From an archaeon (GTDB lineage Archaea; Iainarchaeota; Iainarchaeia; Iainarchaeales; 1-14-0-10-31-34), in NCBI GenBank assembly GCA_043815885.1, contig JBDRIL010000032.1, positions 1 to 20,955 of the forward strand: a stretch of DNA of 20,955 bases, given 5' to 3'. The position numbers were made by a program, and so were the translations under genes. Shown one piece after another: positions 1 through 8,143 of this stretch (position 1 is the stretch's first letter; each line of letters opens with the position of its first letter). The notes beneath the pieces were generated by a model, which made no database searches, was not told the DNA's origin, and worked only from the letters and a program-made list of their open reading frames with translations.

Positions 1-84
1 CTTTAATTCTTTTTTTCTTTTTAAATCAAATGAATAGAATTAAATATCTGTTTCTCTTTTTATTATTTGGATAGGTGAAAAATA

Positions 85-255
85 ATGCCCAGAGGCAGAA
101 ACAGTTTGGCAAAACGTAAATCACTTATTGAAAGCTCTCCTCCGGGGAAACTTCACAAAGTAACTACAAGCCTTCTTTCAGCCGAGAAACAGCGGCTAGT
201 GACAAAGATGAAGGATGCAAAGAGAAAAAGAAGGAGAAAAGCATTTTCACAATAG
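85..255 (+). CDS. Small basic hypothetical protein, 56 aa (MPRGRNSLAKRKSLIESSPPGKLHKVTTSLLSAEKQRLVTKMKDAKRKRRRKAFSQ)
   Basis: Translated by hand; below the ORF-track cutoff. ATG at 85, TAG at 253-255, archaeal RBS AGGTGA at 73-78, very K/R-rich. Confidence 0.65.
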   Translation: MPRGRNSLAKRKSLIESSPPGKLHKVTTSLLSAEKQRLVTKMKDAKRKRRRKAFSQ

Positions 256-300
256 CACTTTTAATCATTCTAATTCTGTACTATTGTTCTTGGATTGTAC

Positions 301-317
301 CAAAAAGCCTTTATAAA
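301..317 (+). promoter_or_regulatory. Archaeal BRE/TATA promoter (CAAAAAGCC-TTTATAAA)
   Basis: TTTATAAA at 310-317 preceded by an A-rich BRE-like run; predicted transcription start around 337-342. Confidence 0.6.
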
Positions 318-336
318 GCAAATTCAGCAGTAGTAT

Positions 337-440
337 ATGGAAAAAATCCCTTTTCCTAAAAAAAGTTTTTTTCACCTCCAAGGAAAAACTTTTGTGGGGA
401 GCAAGCCTGAAAGGCTTGTTCTTTCCCTCCTTTTTCTTTT
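337..440 (+). ncRNA. Candidate small RNA or structured leader with anti-SD motif, hairpin and U-tract
   Basis: TCACCTCC at 372-379; hairpin GAGCAAGCCT-GAA-AGGCTTGTTC at 399-421; T-rich tract 431-440. A 40-codon ORF (337-459) also covers it. Confidence 0.35.
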
Positions 441-496
441 AAAATCCCTTTGTTTCTAAAGTATTACTAATTCATTTAATTTGAAGGTGGTGTGGA

Positions 497-910
497 GTGA
501 GTTATAGGACTAATGTAATGGGAGTAATAATCTTAATTCTCGTGCTGGGAATTGCTTTAGGGGTTGGACTGAGTTTAGTGAAGAGTGTAAAGTACAGTGA
601 TACAGAGGGATACTATTTTTTTGAAATGGATAAATCGCCGGATATAATGAACATTAATTTCTTTACAAGGATAGTTGACTTTGTTCTTGCATTGGCTTTG
701 GTTGTAATAGCGTTTCTTGCGTACAGGAGAATGCAGACAAAAAGAATGCTCTTAGTGTTTACTGCATTTGCATTCTTTGCCCTTAAATGGTATGTAAAGC
801 TACTGGATGTATTCCTTGCAAAAAAGAGTTTCTTTACTGACACAATAGGAAATGCATTCGAATTCGTTATACTCCTGCTGTTATTCGCTGCTTTGTTTTT
901 GAAGAAGTAA
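497..910 (+). CDS. Small integral membrane protein, about 4 TM segments
   Basis: 137-aa ORF with four hydrophobic stretches; GGTGG/GGAG RBS-like sequence upstream; 18 bp before the winged-HTH gene. Confidence 0.8.
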   Translation: MSYRTNVMGVIILILVLGIALGVGLSLVKSVKYSDTEGYYFFEMDKSPDIMNINFFTRIVDFVLALALVVIAFLAYRRMQTKRMLLVFTAFAFFALKWYVKLLDVFLAKKSFFTDTIGNAFEFVILLLLFAALFLKK

Positions 911-928
911 TTCCTTTGGAGGGGAAAA

Positions 929-1471
929 ATGGAAAAGGGAAAGAATGCATTAGAGTTAGATACACGAAACAGGATTTATAACGAGATAGTGGACTCTCCG
1001 GGACTGCATTTCAGGGAATTACAGAGAAGGACTACTCTTGCAATTGGTTCACTCCAATACCATCTTGATTACCTCCAAAAGAATAATTTATTGAAGGTAG
1101 AAAAGGAAGGCGCTTACAAGAGATACTTTGCATTAAAGATTCACAGGATAGAGGAAGAGGAAAGAATAATGCCCCTGCTTCGCCAGGAAAACATCAGGAA
1201 AATAATATTGTTTTTACTGGAGAAGGATAACTACAATCACTCTGCAATTGTTTCCTTCACTGGACTGTCTCCTTCAGTTGTTTCCTTTCACTTGGATAAA
1301 TGCATTGAAGCAGGAATAGTGAATAAAACAAAGAGAGGAAGAGAGAGTTATTTCTCGGTTATTAACCCGAATAAAGTAATTGAATTGCTTACCACTTACA
1401 GAAAGAGTTTTCTGGATAAATTGGTTGATAATTTCCTTGAAATCTGGGAGGGAGAAATGAAGAACTACTGA
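929..1471 (+). CDS. Double winged-HTH transcriptional regulator (archaeal COG3398/HVO_0163-like; ArsR-like C-terminal domain)
   Basis: N-terminal RNRIYNEIVDSPGLHFRELQRRTTLAIGSLQYHLDYL and C-terminal LSPSVVSFHLDKCIEAGIV...GRESYF wHTH signatures; RBS GGAGG at 918-922. Confidence 0.88.
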   Translation: MEKGKNALELDTRNRIYNEIVDSPGLHFRELQRRTTLAIGSLQYHLDYLQKNNLLKVEKEGAYKRYFALKIHRIEEEERIMPLLRQENIRKIILFLLEKDNYNHSAIVSFTGLSPSVVSFHLDKCIEAGIVNKTKRGRESYFSVINPNKVIELLTTYRKSFLDKLVDNFLEIWEGEMKNY

Positions 1472-1542
1472 TTTCAGGGGAAATGAGGTCTCCCGAAACC
1501 AAATAAAAGCAACTAAAAACAAATATTGGTGGGGTAAAGAAA

Positions 1543-1635
1543 ATGAGTGAAGAAATAGAAGAAGTCTACAGGAAACAAATAGATGAATTCAACCTTTTAA
1601 TGAGAATTCAGGTTAACGAAGTAATTGCTTATTGA
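1543..1635 (+). CDS. Putative 30-aa acidic micropeptide (MSEEIEEVYRKQIDEFNLLMRIQVNEVIAY)
   Basis: Translated by hand: ATG at 1543, TGA at 1633-1635, RBS GGTGGGG at 1528-1534, GAA-rich codons like neighbouring genes. Confidence 0.5.
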   Translation: MSEEIEEVYRKQIDEFNLLMRIQVNEVIAY

Positions 1636-1679
1636 AAAATCAATGCAGTACAACAAAGTTCACCGGCAATCAACTCTCC

Positions 1680-1693
1680 CGAAAATATTTAAG
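1680..1693 (+). promoter_or_regulatory. BRE/TATA-like promoter for a probably leaderless LAGLIDADG gene
   Basis: CGAAAATATTTAAG ends about 24 nt upstream of ATG 1717; no RBS in between. Confidence 0.45.
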
Positions 1694-1716
1694 GGCAGTT
1701 GAAAGCTCTTTTTTAT

Positions 1717-2889
1717 ATGAAGAAAAGATTGAATATTCCTAAAGAACAGCTTTACGATTTGTATTGGAATAAGAAATTGACTTTAGTTGAAATTGGAAAA
1801 GAGTTTGGTTGCACTGGAGAAAACATTATTTATTGGCTTAAAAAATTCAGGATTGAAAAAAGGCCAAACCAACGAAAAATTGATATACCGAAAGAAGTTT
1901 TGGAGAGACTTTATTGGAAAGAAAATTTAAAGACAACTGAAATCGCAAAAAGATATGGCATAAAGCATGGAAGGACAATCCTCAAGAAGATGAAGAAGAC
2001 AGGAGTTCCGTCAAAGACTCTTTCAGAAGCAAGAACTATAAAGATGAAGAAACCTTTTTCCGGGCCATTAGAGGAAAAAGCTTATTTTCTTGGTTTGAGA
2101 GCAGGAGACTTCTATGCAAAGAAAACACATGATTGCGTGAGAATTCAAACAACCACGACTCACCTTGCTCAAGTGGCATTATTAAAAAAATCTTTTGAAA
2201 ATTACGGGGAACTGGGAGTTTATTTAAGTAAAAACAAAAAAAGAGATACAGAGTGGTTTATCTATATTGATCTTCATAATTCATTTAATTTCTTAATTGA
2301 AAAACCGGAAGAAATTCCTGAAGAAATAATGAATGATGACAATGCTTTCTTTAATTTTCTTTCTGCTTACATGGATTGTGAAGGAAGCTGGGATGTAATT
2401 AAAAGCCATAAAAATAGTGTTAGATTTTGTTTTAGAATGAAAACAGGAGACAGTAAAATCCTTGGACAATTCAAGAAAAAATTGGAAGATAAAAATTACA
2501 ATCCAAGAATGTATTTTTATGCTAAAAAAGGTAGAAGAACACTTTATGGAACATATAAAAAAGACATTTATGATTTAACTCTGTACAGAAAAAAAGAAGT
2601 AATATCAATAATTAAAAAATTGCTTCCATTGAGTAAACACAGTGAAAAAATCAGAAGAATGAATTTTATTTTAATTAATCAGAATAGAAAGTGGAATGAA
2701 ATAGAAGGCGGATTGAATAAATTGAGAAAAGAAATTAAAATGGAATTATTGAAAAATCAGAGTAATACAAATATTGAAGCGAAAATTAATGCAACTATTG
2801 ACATGAGTTTTAATAAAATATTGATCGCAGGCCCGGAGGTATCCTTCCAGGGGTCACCCACAGTATCGCCAACAACTGCTGCCTTGTGA
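1717..2889 (+). CDS. Free-standing LAGLIDADG homing-endonuclease-like protein with two N-terminal HTH repeats
   Basis: Repeats [25 protein letters not shown] and [34 protein letters not shown]-like motifs [11 protein letters not shown] (2080-2112) and [10 protein letters not shown] (2356-2385). No intein splice motifs. Start is ATG 1717 (TTG 1699 alternative). Confidence 0.8.
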   Translation: MKKRLNIPKEQLYDLYWNKKLTLVEIGKEFGCTGENIIYWLKKFRIEKRPNQRKIDIPKEVLERLYWKENLKTTEIAKRYGIKHGRTILKKMKKTGVPSKTLSEARTIKMKKPFSGPLEEKAYFLGLRAGDFYAKKTHDCVRIQTTTTHLAQVALLKKSFENYGELGVYLSKNKKRDTEWFIYIDLHNSFNFLIEKPEEIPEEIMNDDNAFFNFLSAYMDCEGSWDVIKSHKNSVRFCFRMKTGDSKILGQFKKKLEDKNYNPRMYFYAKKGRRTLYGTYKKDIYDLTLYRKKEVISIIKKLLPLSKHSEKIRRMNFILINQNRKWNEIEGGLNKLRKEIKMELLKNQSNTNIEAKINATIDMSFNKILIAGPEVSFQGSPTVSPTTAAL

Positions 2890-4772
2890 GCAAAGCTTCC
2901 TTTTCCTCCGAAATTTCCTTTTTCAATGTATTTCTTTGCGTTGTCCCATGCTCCTCCGGCGTTAGCCATCATTATTGCCATCATTACTCCAGAAGTTAAT
3001 GCTCCTGCAAGAAGGCCTCCAACTGCCTCAACCCCAATAAGCAATCCAACCACTATTGGAGCTAATACTGCAAGCAATCCTGGAACAATCATTCTCTTTA
3101 TTGCTGCACTTGTGGCAATATCAACGCATTTAGTGTAGTCTGGTTTTGCCTTTCCTTCCTTTAATCCTTTAATGGTTTTCCATTGCCTTCTCACTTCTTC
3201 AATCATTTCTCCTGCTGCATCTCCCACTGCACTCATTGCAAATGAACTGAAAAGGAATGGAAGCATTCCTCCAATAAGCAATCCAACAATTACTCTTGGA
3301 TCAAGGAGTGAAAGGGTTTCAATTCCTGCAGTGACAGTAAAAACAGAGAACAAAGCTAAAGCAGTTAATGCTGCTGAACCTATAGCGAAACCTTTTCCTA
3401 TTGCTGCAGTAGTGTTTCCCGCTGCATCAAGTGAATCAGTTCTTTCCCTCACTTCTTTGCCTAACCCGGCCATTTCAGTAATTCCCCCAGCGTTATCTGC
3501 TACTGGACCGTAAGCGTCAACTGCAAGGGTCACTCCTAAAGTTGAAAGCATTCCCAGTGCAGCAATTCCAATTCCATACAATCCGGCAAAGTGAAAAGCA
3601 AAATATATTCCTGCAACAAGAACAATTACCGGAAGCGCTGTACTTTTATAACCTAAAGCCAGTCCTGCAATTATATTTGTTGCTGCTCCTGTATTGCTTG
3701 ATTCAGATAACTTTCTTGTGGGAGAGTATTCATGGGCTGTATAGTATTCAGTTAAGTAACCAATAACTATTCCTACAATTAATCCAATTACCATTGCATT
3801 GAATACACCCATTTCCACTCCGGGAAAATACTGGAATAAAAAGTAAGATGCAATAATCATTATTCCTGCAGCAACCAGGGTTCCGTTCCTTAAAACAGAG
3901 TGAATCTTGTTTCCTCCAGCAAATTTAACAAATAAAACCCCTATAATTGAGGAAATTATTCCCACTGCAGCCAAAAGCAATGGAAGAGTCAATCCAGGAA
4001 TTTGGAATGCAATGAATCCCAAAGCCATTGAGGAAATTATTGCTCCAACATAACTCTCAAAGAGATCAGCACCCATTCCTGCAACGTCCCCAACATTATC
4101 CCCTACATTATCAGCGATTACTGCCGGATTGCGGGGATCGTCTTCTGGAATTCCTGCCTCCACTTTTCCAACTAAATCAGCACCAACATCTGCTGCCTTG
4201 GTGTAAATTCCTCCTCCTACCCTTGCAAATAATGCAATAGAACTTGCACCAAAAGAAAAACCGAATAAAATTGAAATAATTAAACTCTGGTCAGTAATTC
4301 CAATTACACTAGAGTAAAGCAAGTACAGTGCGCATATTCCAATTAAGCCTAATCCAACTACACTTAAACCCATTACTGCTCCGGAAGAAAAAGCAATCTT
4401 TAATGCTTCACTAAGAGAATTCCTTGCAGCCTCTGCTGTGCGGACATTGCTTTTTGTGGCTGTTCGCATTCCAAAGAATCCAGCCAAAGCAGAACAGAAT
4501 GCCCCCACTACAAAAGAAAAAGCAGTCCATGCACTCATTGCCTGAGGAAAGAAAAAGCTTAATGCAAGCAATACAACTACGACTATTACTACAAATACTG
4601 CAATGCTCTTGTATTCTCTTTTAAGGAAAGCCATTGCTCCAATCCTTATGGCTTCAGAGATTTCCTGCATTCTTGCATTGCCTTTTGGCTTGGAGTCAAT
4701 GCCCCTGCTTAAGAATAAAGCCACAAGCAGGGCAAGAATTCCTGCTCCCAAAGAATAAAAAACTAGCTCCAT
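2757..4772 (-). CDS. hppA: Membrane-integral pyrophosphatase, K+-dependent, probably Na+-translocating
   Basis: Motifs [65 protein letters not shown] and GDTVGDP. GNTTAA marks the K+-dependent type; DLFESY carries the Na+-PPase-type Glu. Confidence 0.97.
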   Translation of the reverse strand: MELVFYSLGAGILALLVALFLSRGIDSKPKGNARMQEISEAIRIGAMAFLKREYKSIAVFVVIVVVVLLALSFFFPQAMSAWTAFSFVVGAFCSALAGFFGMRTATKSNVRTAEAARNSLSEALKIAFSSGAVMGLSVVGLGLIGICALYLLYSSVIGITDQSLIISILFGFSFGASSIALFARVGGGIYTKAADVGADLVGKVEAGIPEDDPRNPAVIADNVGDNVGDVAGMGADLFESYVGAIISSMALGFIAFQIPGLTLPLLLAAVGIISSIIGVLFVKFAGGNKIHSVLRNGTLVAAGIMIIASYFLFQYFPGVEMGVFNAMVIGLIVGIVIGYLTEYYTAHEYSPTRKLSESSNTGAATNIIAGLALGYKSTALPVIVLVAGIYFAFHFAGLYGIGIAALGMLSTLGVTLAVDAYGPVADNAGGITEMAGLGKEVRERTDSLDAAGNTTAAIGKGFAIGSAALTALALFSVFTVTAGIETLSLLDPRVIVGLLIGGMLPFLFSSFAMSAVGDAAGEMIEEVRRQWKTIKGLKEGKAKPDYTKCVDIATSAAIKRMIVPGLLAVLAPIVVGLLIGVEAVGGLLAGALTSGVMMAIMMANAGGAWDNAKKYIEKGNFGGKGSFAHKAAVVGDTVGDPWKDTSGPAINILLKLMSIVALIFASIFVLL

Positions 4773-4795
4773 TCAATATCCTTTTCCTGAAAAAA

Positions 4796-4811
4796 TTTAT
4801 AAACCAATTCG
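4796..4811 (-). promoter_or_regulatory. TATA box for hppA
   Basis: Minus-strand CGAATTGG-TTTATAAA, with the TATA 24-31 nt upstream of ATG 4772. Confidence 0.55.
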
Positions 4812-5603
4812 TTATTTCCTCTTTTTTTCTAATTCACTTAAAATTGTGCGGTATCTTTCCCTCTCAGTCCGGTGCATATTTCTATCATCCGGCACAGGGA
4901 AGCGCTTTGATTCTTTTATTCTTCCCTTTAATACCTCAATAGCGGCTTTTTCTTCCGCGCTTAATTCTACTTTTCCTCCATCTTTAATCCTTTCAAATAA
5001 TTTAGTTAATCTTCTCATTAAAGAGTCATTCTTGATAACCCTCCCCCTCTCCCTTAAAAGCAATAATAGTTGTTGTTCTTTTGATTGAACGCTTCTTCCG
5101 ATAGTTGCAAGATGTTTTTCTTGTAATCTAAAAACACGTGCCTCTCCGCCAGTGCGTTCGCCTCTTCTCTTTCTGTTTCTCCAATTTATTATTACCCTTA
5201 AGTTCTCTCTCACCTTCTTTTGTTCTTCTGGGGTTAGAGTTCTTTTTTCACGCATTATTTTTGTCTTTAGTCCTCTTGCAAGCTGGCTGGTTTTTATTTC
5301 TGGATTCCAATAACCCCTGTCACGTAAATTTTCCTTAACCAGGAAATCAATTAATGCGTCTGTATTCAATCCCAAATTAAATAAGTTCTTTAGTCTCTTC
5401 CCAACATATACTGATACATCGCCTCTCATTCCTTTTGAAACTGTGGCTGTCTTTGTAATGACTCCTGCTTTGCATAGCCTTTCTGCTGTAATCGGCCAGA
5501 AAGTCTTTTCCCCTCTCTTTGGTTTAGCGTGTGGAACCTGGAATACCTTGTGTTTTCCAAATATATCAGCCTGAATTATTGTGCTCTTCTTTTTTCTTGG
5601 CAT
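4812..5603 (-). CDS. Highly basic hypothetical protein (MPRKKK...), 263 aa
   Basis: Long open frame, K/R-rich. A GGAG RBS precedes ATG 5603; the track start is TTG 5618. No recognisable domain. Confidence 0.75.
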   Translation of the reverse strand: MPRKKKSTIIQADIFGKHKVFQVPHAKPKRGEKTFWPITAERLCKAGVITKTATVSKGMRGDVSVYVGKRLKNLFNLGLNTDALIDFLVKENLRDRGYWNPEIKTSQLARGLKTKIMREKRTLTPEEQKKVRENLRVIINWRNRKRRGERTGGEARVFRLQEKHLATIGRSVQSKEQQLLLLLRERGRVIKNDSLMRRLTKLFERIKDGGKVELSAEEKAAIEVLKGRIKESKRFPVPDDRNMHRTERERYRTILSELEKKRK

Positions 5604-5618
5604 TTTTTTAGACTCCAA

Positions 5619-5717
5619 TCAATGAAATACGTCTTTTGGCCATTTTTCCGGCAGCTTCCTTATTCCTGTTAATGGAAGCCTTGGCTTCTTTTTTTTCTTC
5701 TTTTTTGTTTCCTTCAT
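5619..5717 (-). CDS. Possible 32-aa lysine-rich micro-ORF (MKETKKKKKKKPRLPLTGIRKLPEKWPKDVFH)
   Basis: Its ATG overlaps the endA stop (ATGA at 5717-5714); it fills the intergenic gap and is in frame with the downstream ORF. Confidence 0.35.
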   Translation of the reverse strand: MKETKKKKKKKPRLPLTGIRKLPEKWPKDVFH

Positions 5718-6226
5718 GGAGTGAGCCTCTTTACCTCGTAATAATTTATGTCGTTCTCTGAATCCACTACTGCAATCAATAGAATGGTTTTAATGTTTCC
5801 GCTGAGCCTCACCATTCTGCTGAATTCAATGAAATTCATTCTGTCGTTCTGGGATACAACTGCTACCGCCCAGTATGTGTGAGCCTGTCCAGGGCGTTTT
5901 CCTCTGGGATACACCCTTAAATCAAATCCAAACTTGAAGCCGGTCTTTACTACGAAGCCTCTCTCCCTTAAATCACTATACACTAAAAATTTGGGATAGA
6001 ATTTCCTGTCCCTCTTCATTGCGTACTTCAATAATTCTTCTTCCTTTATTTTTTTTCCTTCCCTGTCCTCTAAATTTAGTTTCTTTTTTTCCATTAAAAA
6101 ATAAGCTTCAATTAAATCCAGTACATAATCGCTTTCTGTCTTTTCACCAAATCCCTTTGGAATCAATTGGTCTTTCACTTTTTTCTCTCTGACTATGGCT
6201 TTATCGCTTACAAGCAAATTCTTCAT
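5714..6226 (-). CDS. endA: tRNA-intron lyase (splicing endonuclease), single-unit alpha type
   Basis: LDLIEAYFL, VYSDLRERGFVVKTGFKFGFDLRVY, catalytic Tyr (LRVY) and His (QAHT), C-terminal LLIAVVDSENDINYY; RBS AGGTGA. Confidence 0.93.
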   Translation of the reverse strand: MKNLLVSDKAIVREKKVKDQLIPKGFGEKTESDYVLDLIEAYFLMEKKKLNLEDREGKKIKEEELLKYAMKRDRKFYPKFLVYSDLRERGFVVKTGFKFGFDLRVYPRGKRPGQAHTYWAVAVVSQNDRMNFIEFSRMVRLSGNIKTILLIAVVDSENDINYYEVKRLTP

Positions 6227-6293
6227 TAATCCTTCACCTTAAAAACAATTAAAGCAAATTAATTAAAAAGAGTTCACAAAAGAAATTGATATC

Positions 6294-7001
6294 ATGGCTC
6301 TGGAAGGGAATGGAAAAAAGCAGGCTTTAAAAGTAAAGAATCATTTTAATTCTGATTTCATTGATTATGACACCTGTGATGAATTCGTTGTTCCAAAGAA
6401 TGATGAATTGCATGAAGTGATTGTTGACTTTATTCCTTTCGCAAAAGAAGAAAAATTTCATGCACTGGATTTGGGTGTTGGAACAGGCACTGGAGCCTTC
6501 AAAATCCTTAAATATTATCCTAATGCTTTCCTTACTGGAGTCGATTTTTCCAGGAAAATGATTTCAAGAGCTGAAGAAAAACTAAAGAGATTCAATGACA
6601 GAGTGAAATTAATCGAAGGCGACTTCAATGCAATGAAGTTCCCGGAAAAATATGACTTCATTTACTCTGCGGTGGCAATCCACAATAACAGGGATGAAGA
6701 GAAGAGAAATTTATTCAATAAAATATTTGATTCCTTGAACGAGAATTGTTTCTTTATCAATGGTGATTTTTTTAAGTCTTCCAATGAAAGAGTCCAGAAA
6801 AAATTCAATGAATTTTACAGGGATTTATTGGAAAGAAATTTAAGCGGAAGAGAATCTGAGGCATGGATAAGGCATGCATTTGAGGAAGACAAACCTTCAA
6901 CAATAGAAGAGCAATTCAGTTGGCTTGAAGAAATTGGTTTTAAAGAAATGCACTGCATCTGGCAGTATTACAATACCACTGTATATTATGCAAAAAAGTA
7001 A
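6294..7001 (+). CDS. Class I SAM-dependent methyltransferase, substrate unknown
   Basis: Motif I LDLGVGTG, GVDFSRKMI, EGDF, YDFIYSAVAIHN. Confidence 0.9.
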   Translation: MALEGNGKKQALKVKNHFNSDFIDYDTCDEFVVPKNDELHEVIVDFIPFAKEEKFHALDLGVGTGTGAFKILKYYPNAFLTGVDFSRKMISRAEEKLKRFNDRVKLIEGDFNAMKFPEKYDFIYSAVAIHNNRDEEKRNLFNKIFDSLNENCFFINGDFFKSSNERVQKKFNEFYRDLLERNLSGRESEAWIRHAFEEDKPSTIEEQFSWLEEIGFKEMHCIWQYYNTTVYYAKK

Positions 7002-7048
7002 TAATGTTTAATAAAGAATTGATTTAAATAGCTTTAAAGGTGTTTTTT

Positions 7049-8143
7049 ATGCCTCCGATAGATCCATGGGGTTCAATGCTTGTAGAGGATTACTCCAGAC
7101 TCATTAAGGAGTTTGGGTTAGAGGAATTCAATGAAGAAATGCTTGCGCAATTCCCTAAACCAAACAGGTTAATGAGAAGGAAGATTGTTTTTGCTGGGCA
7201 GGGACTGAAAGAGATAGCTGAATGCATTAATAAGAAAAAGGATTACTATGAGTTAACAGGAATAATGCCTTCCTCTGAAAGAGTTCATTTTGGGACTAAA
7301 AGCGTAGTGGAAATGGTGAAATACTTTCAGGATAACAAGGCAAAGACATTTGTATTGGTTGCTGATTTGGAGTCAGCAGCAACAAGAGGAATTTCCTTAG
7401 AAGAAGGAAGAAGAAGGGCTCTTGAATTCCATATTCCTGCATATATTGCCTTTGGCTTGGATCCCAAAAAAACCTTTTTCTATTTTCAGTCAGAGAACAA
7501 GAAAGTAAGTGATTTGGCTTATATTTTTTCTCGAAGAATTACTTTGAATGAATTCAGGGCAATTTACGGGGATACTCATCCTTCCAGAATTCTTTCTGCA
7601 TTGGCTCAGGCAGGAGACATTCTCTTTCCTCAAATGGAAAAGAAAATGAATGGAATTGTTCCTGTTGGCGTTGACCAGAGCCCTCACATAAGACTGAGCA
7701 GGGATATTGCGAGAAGGACAAAAAAGGAATTTAATTTCAGGCTTCCTTCCGGAATCTATCATAAATTCACTCCCGCGTTAGATGGAAGCCTAAAGATGTC
7801 AAAAAGCTCTCCCAAATCATTTATTTCTATTCCAGAAGAACCGGAAACCGCGACAAAAAAGATCAAAGGAGCTCTTACAGGAGGAAGACCTTCAATCGAG
7901 GAACAGAAAAGGATTGGAGGAGAACCAGAAAAATGCATGATATTTGAAATGTATAAACAGCATTTGATTGACGATGACAAGAAACTGAATGAAATATATC
8001 AGGCATGCAAAAGCGGTAAACTGCTTTGCGGCGAAGACAAGGAAATGGCAGCAAAACTAATAAAGGAATACATGAAAGGCTTCAACAAAAAAATGAATTC
8101 AGCAAAGAAAAAAATAAAGAAACTGAAGTTCATTAAGAATTAG
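7049..8143 (+). CDS. trpS: Tryptophanyl-tRNA synthetase, archaeal type
   Basis: N-terminal IDPWG, TGIMPS..HFGT (HIGH-like), VPVGVDQSPHIRLSRD, KMSKS, TGG, CGEDK. AGGTG RBS before ATG 7049. Confidence 0.96.
   Translation: MPPIDPWGSMLVEDYSRLIKEFGLEEFNEEMLAQFPKPNRLMRRKIVFAGQGLKEIAECINKKKDYYELTGIMPSSERVHFGTKSVVEMVKYFQDNKAKTFVLVADLESAATRGISLEEGRRRALEFHIPAYIAFGLDPKKTFFYFQSENKKVSDLAYIFSRRITLNEFRAIYGDTHPSRILSALAQAGDILFPQMEKKMNGIVPVGVDQSPHIRLSRDIARRTKKEFNFRLPSGIYHKFTPALDGSLKMSKSSPKSFISIPEEPETATKKIKGALTGGRPSIEEQKRIGGEPEKCMIFEMYKQHLIDDDKKLNEIYQACKSGKLLCGEDKEMAAKLIKEYMKGFNKKMNSAKKKIKKLKFIKN

Noticed and set aside
271..303. TGTAC repeats upstream of the TATA at 310 as an activator site
   Set aside because: Only 5-bp matches 19 nt apart; too weak without comparative data.
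1477..1530. Fluoride-riboswitch-like 5' half (GGGAAATGAGGTCTCCC-GAAACC...AAAGC)
   Set aside because: The 3' pseudoknot strand (TGATGACCTCT-like) is absent, and no fluoride-related gene follows.
2823..2870. GC3-rich codon patch at the hppA 3' end as evidence of a foreign, recoded segment
   Set aside because: 11 of 16 codons end in G/C, but another conserved hppA motif region (about 4056-4142) is also GC3-rich, so this is not diagnostic.
1717..2889. LAGLIDADG ORF as part of an intein or intron
   Set aside because: No Hint-domain blocks or splice-junction residues, and no interrupted host gene or rRNA on either side.
2926..5338. Plus-strand ORFs inside hppA and the basic ORF, and similar antisense ORFs elsewhere in the track
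   Set aside because: They are shadow frames of well-supported opposite-strand genes, with no motifs or RBS.
7285..7296. HFGT instead of HxGH in TrpRS as a sign of inactivation
   Set aside because: The last HIGH position varies among class I synthetases, and all other motifs and the reading frame are intact.
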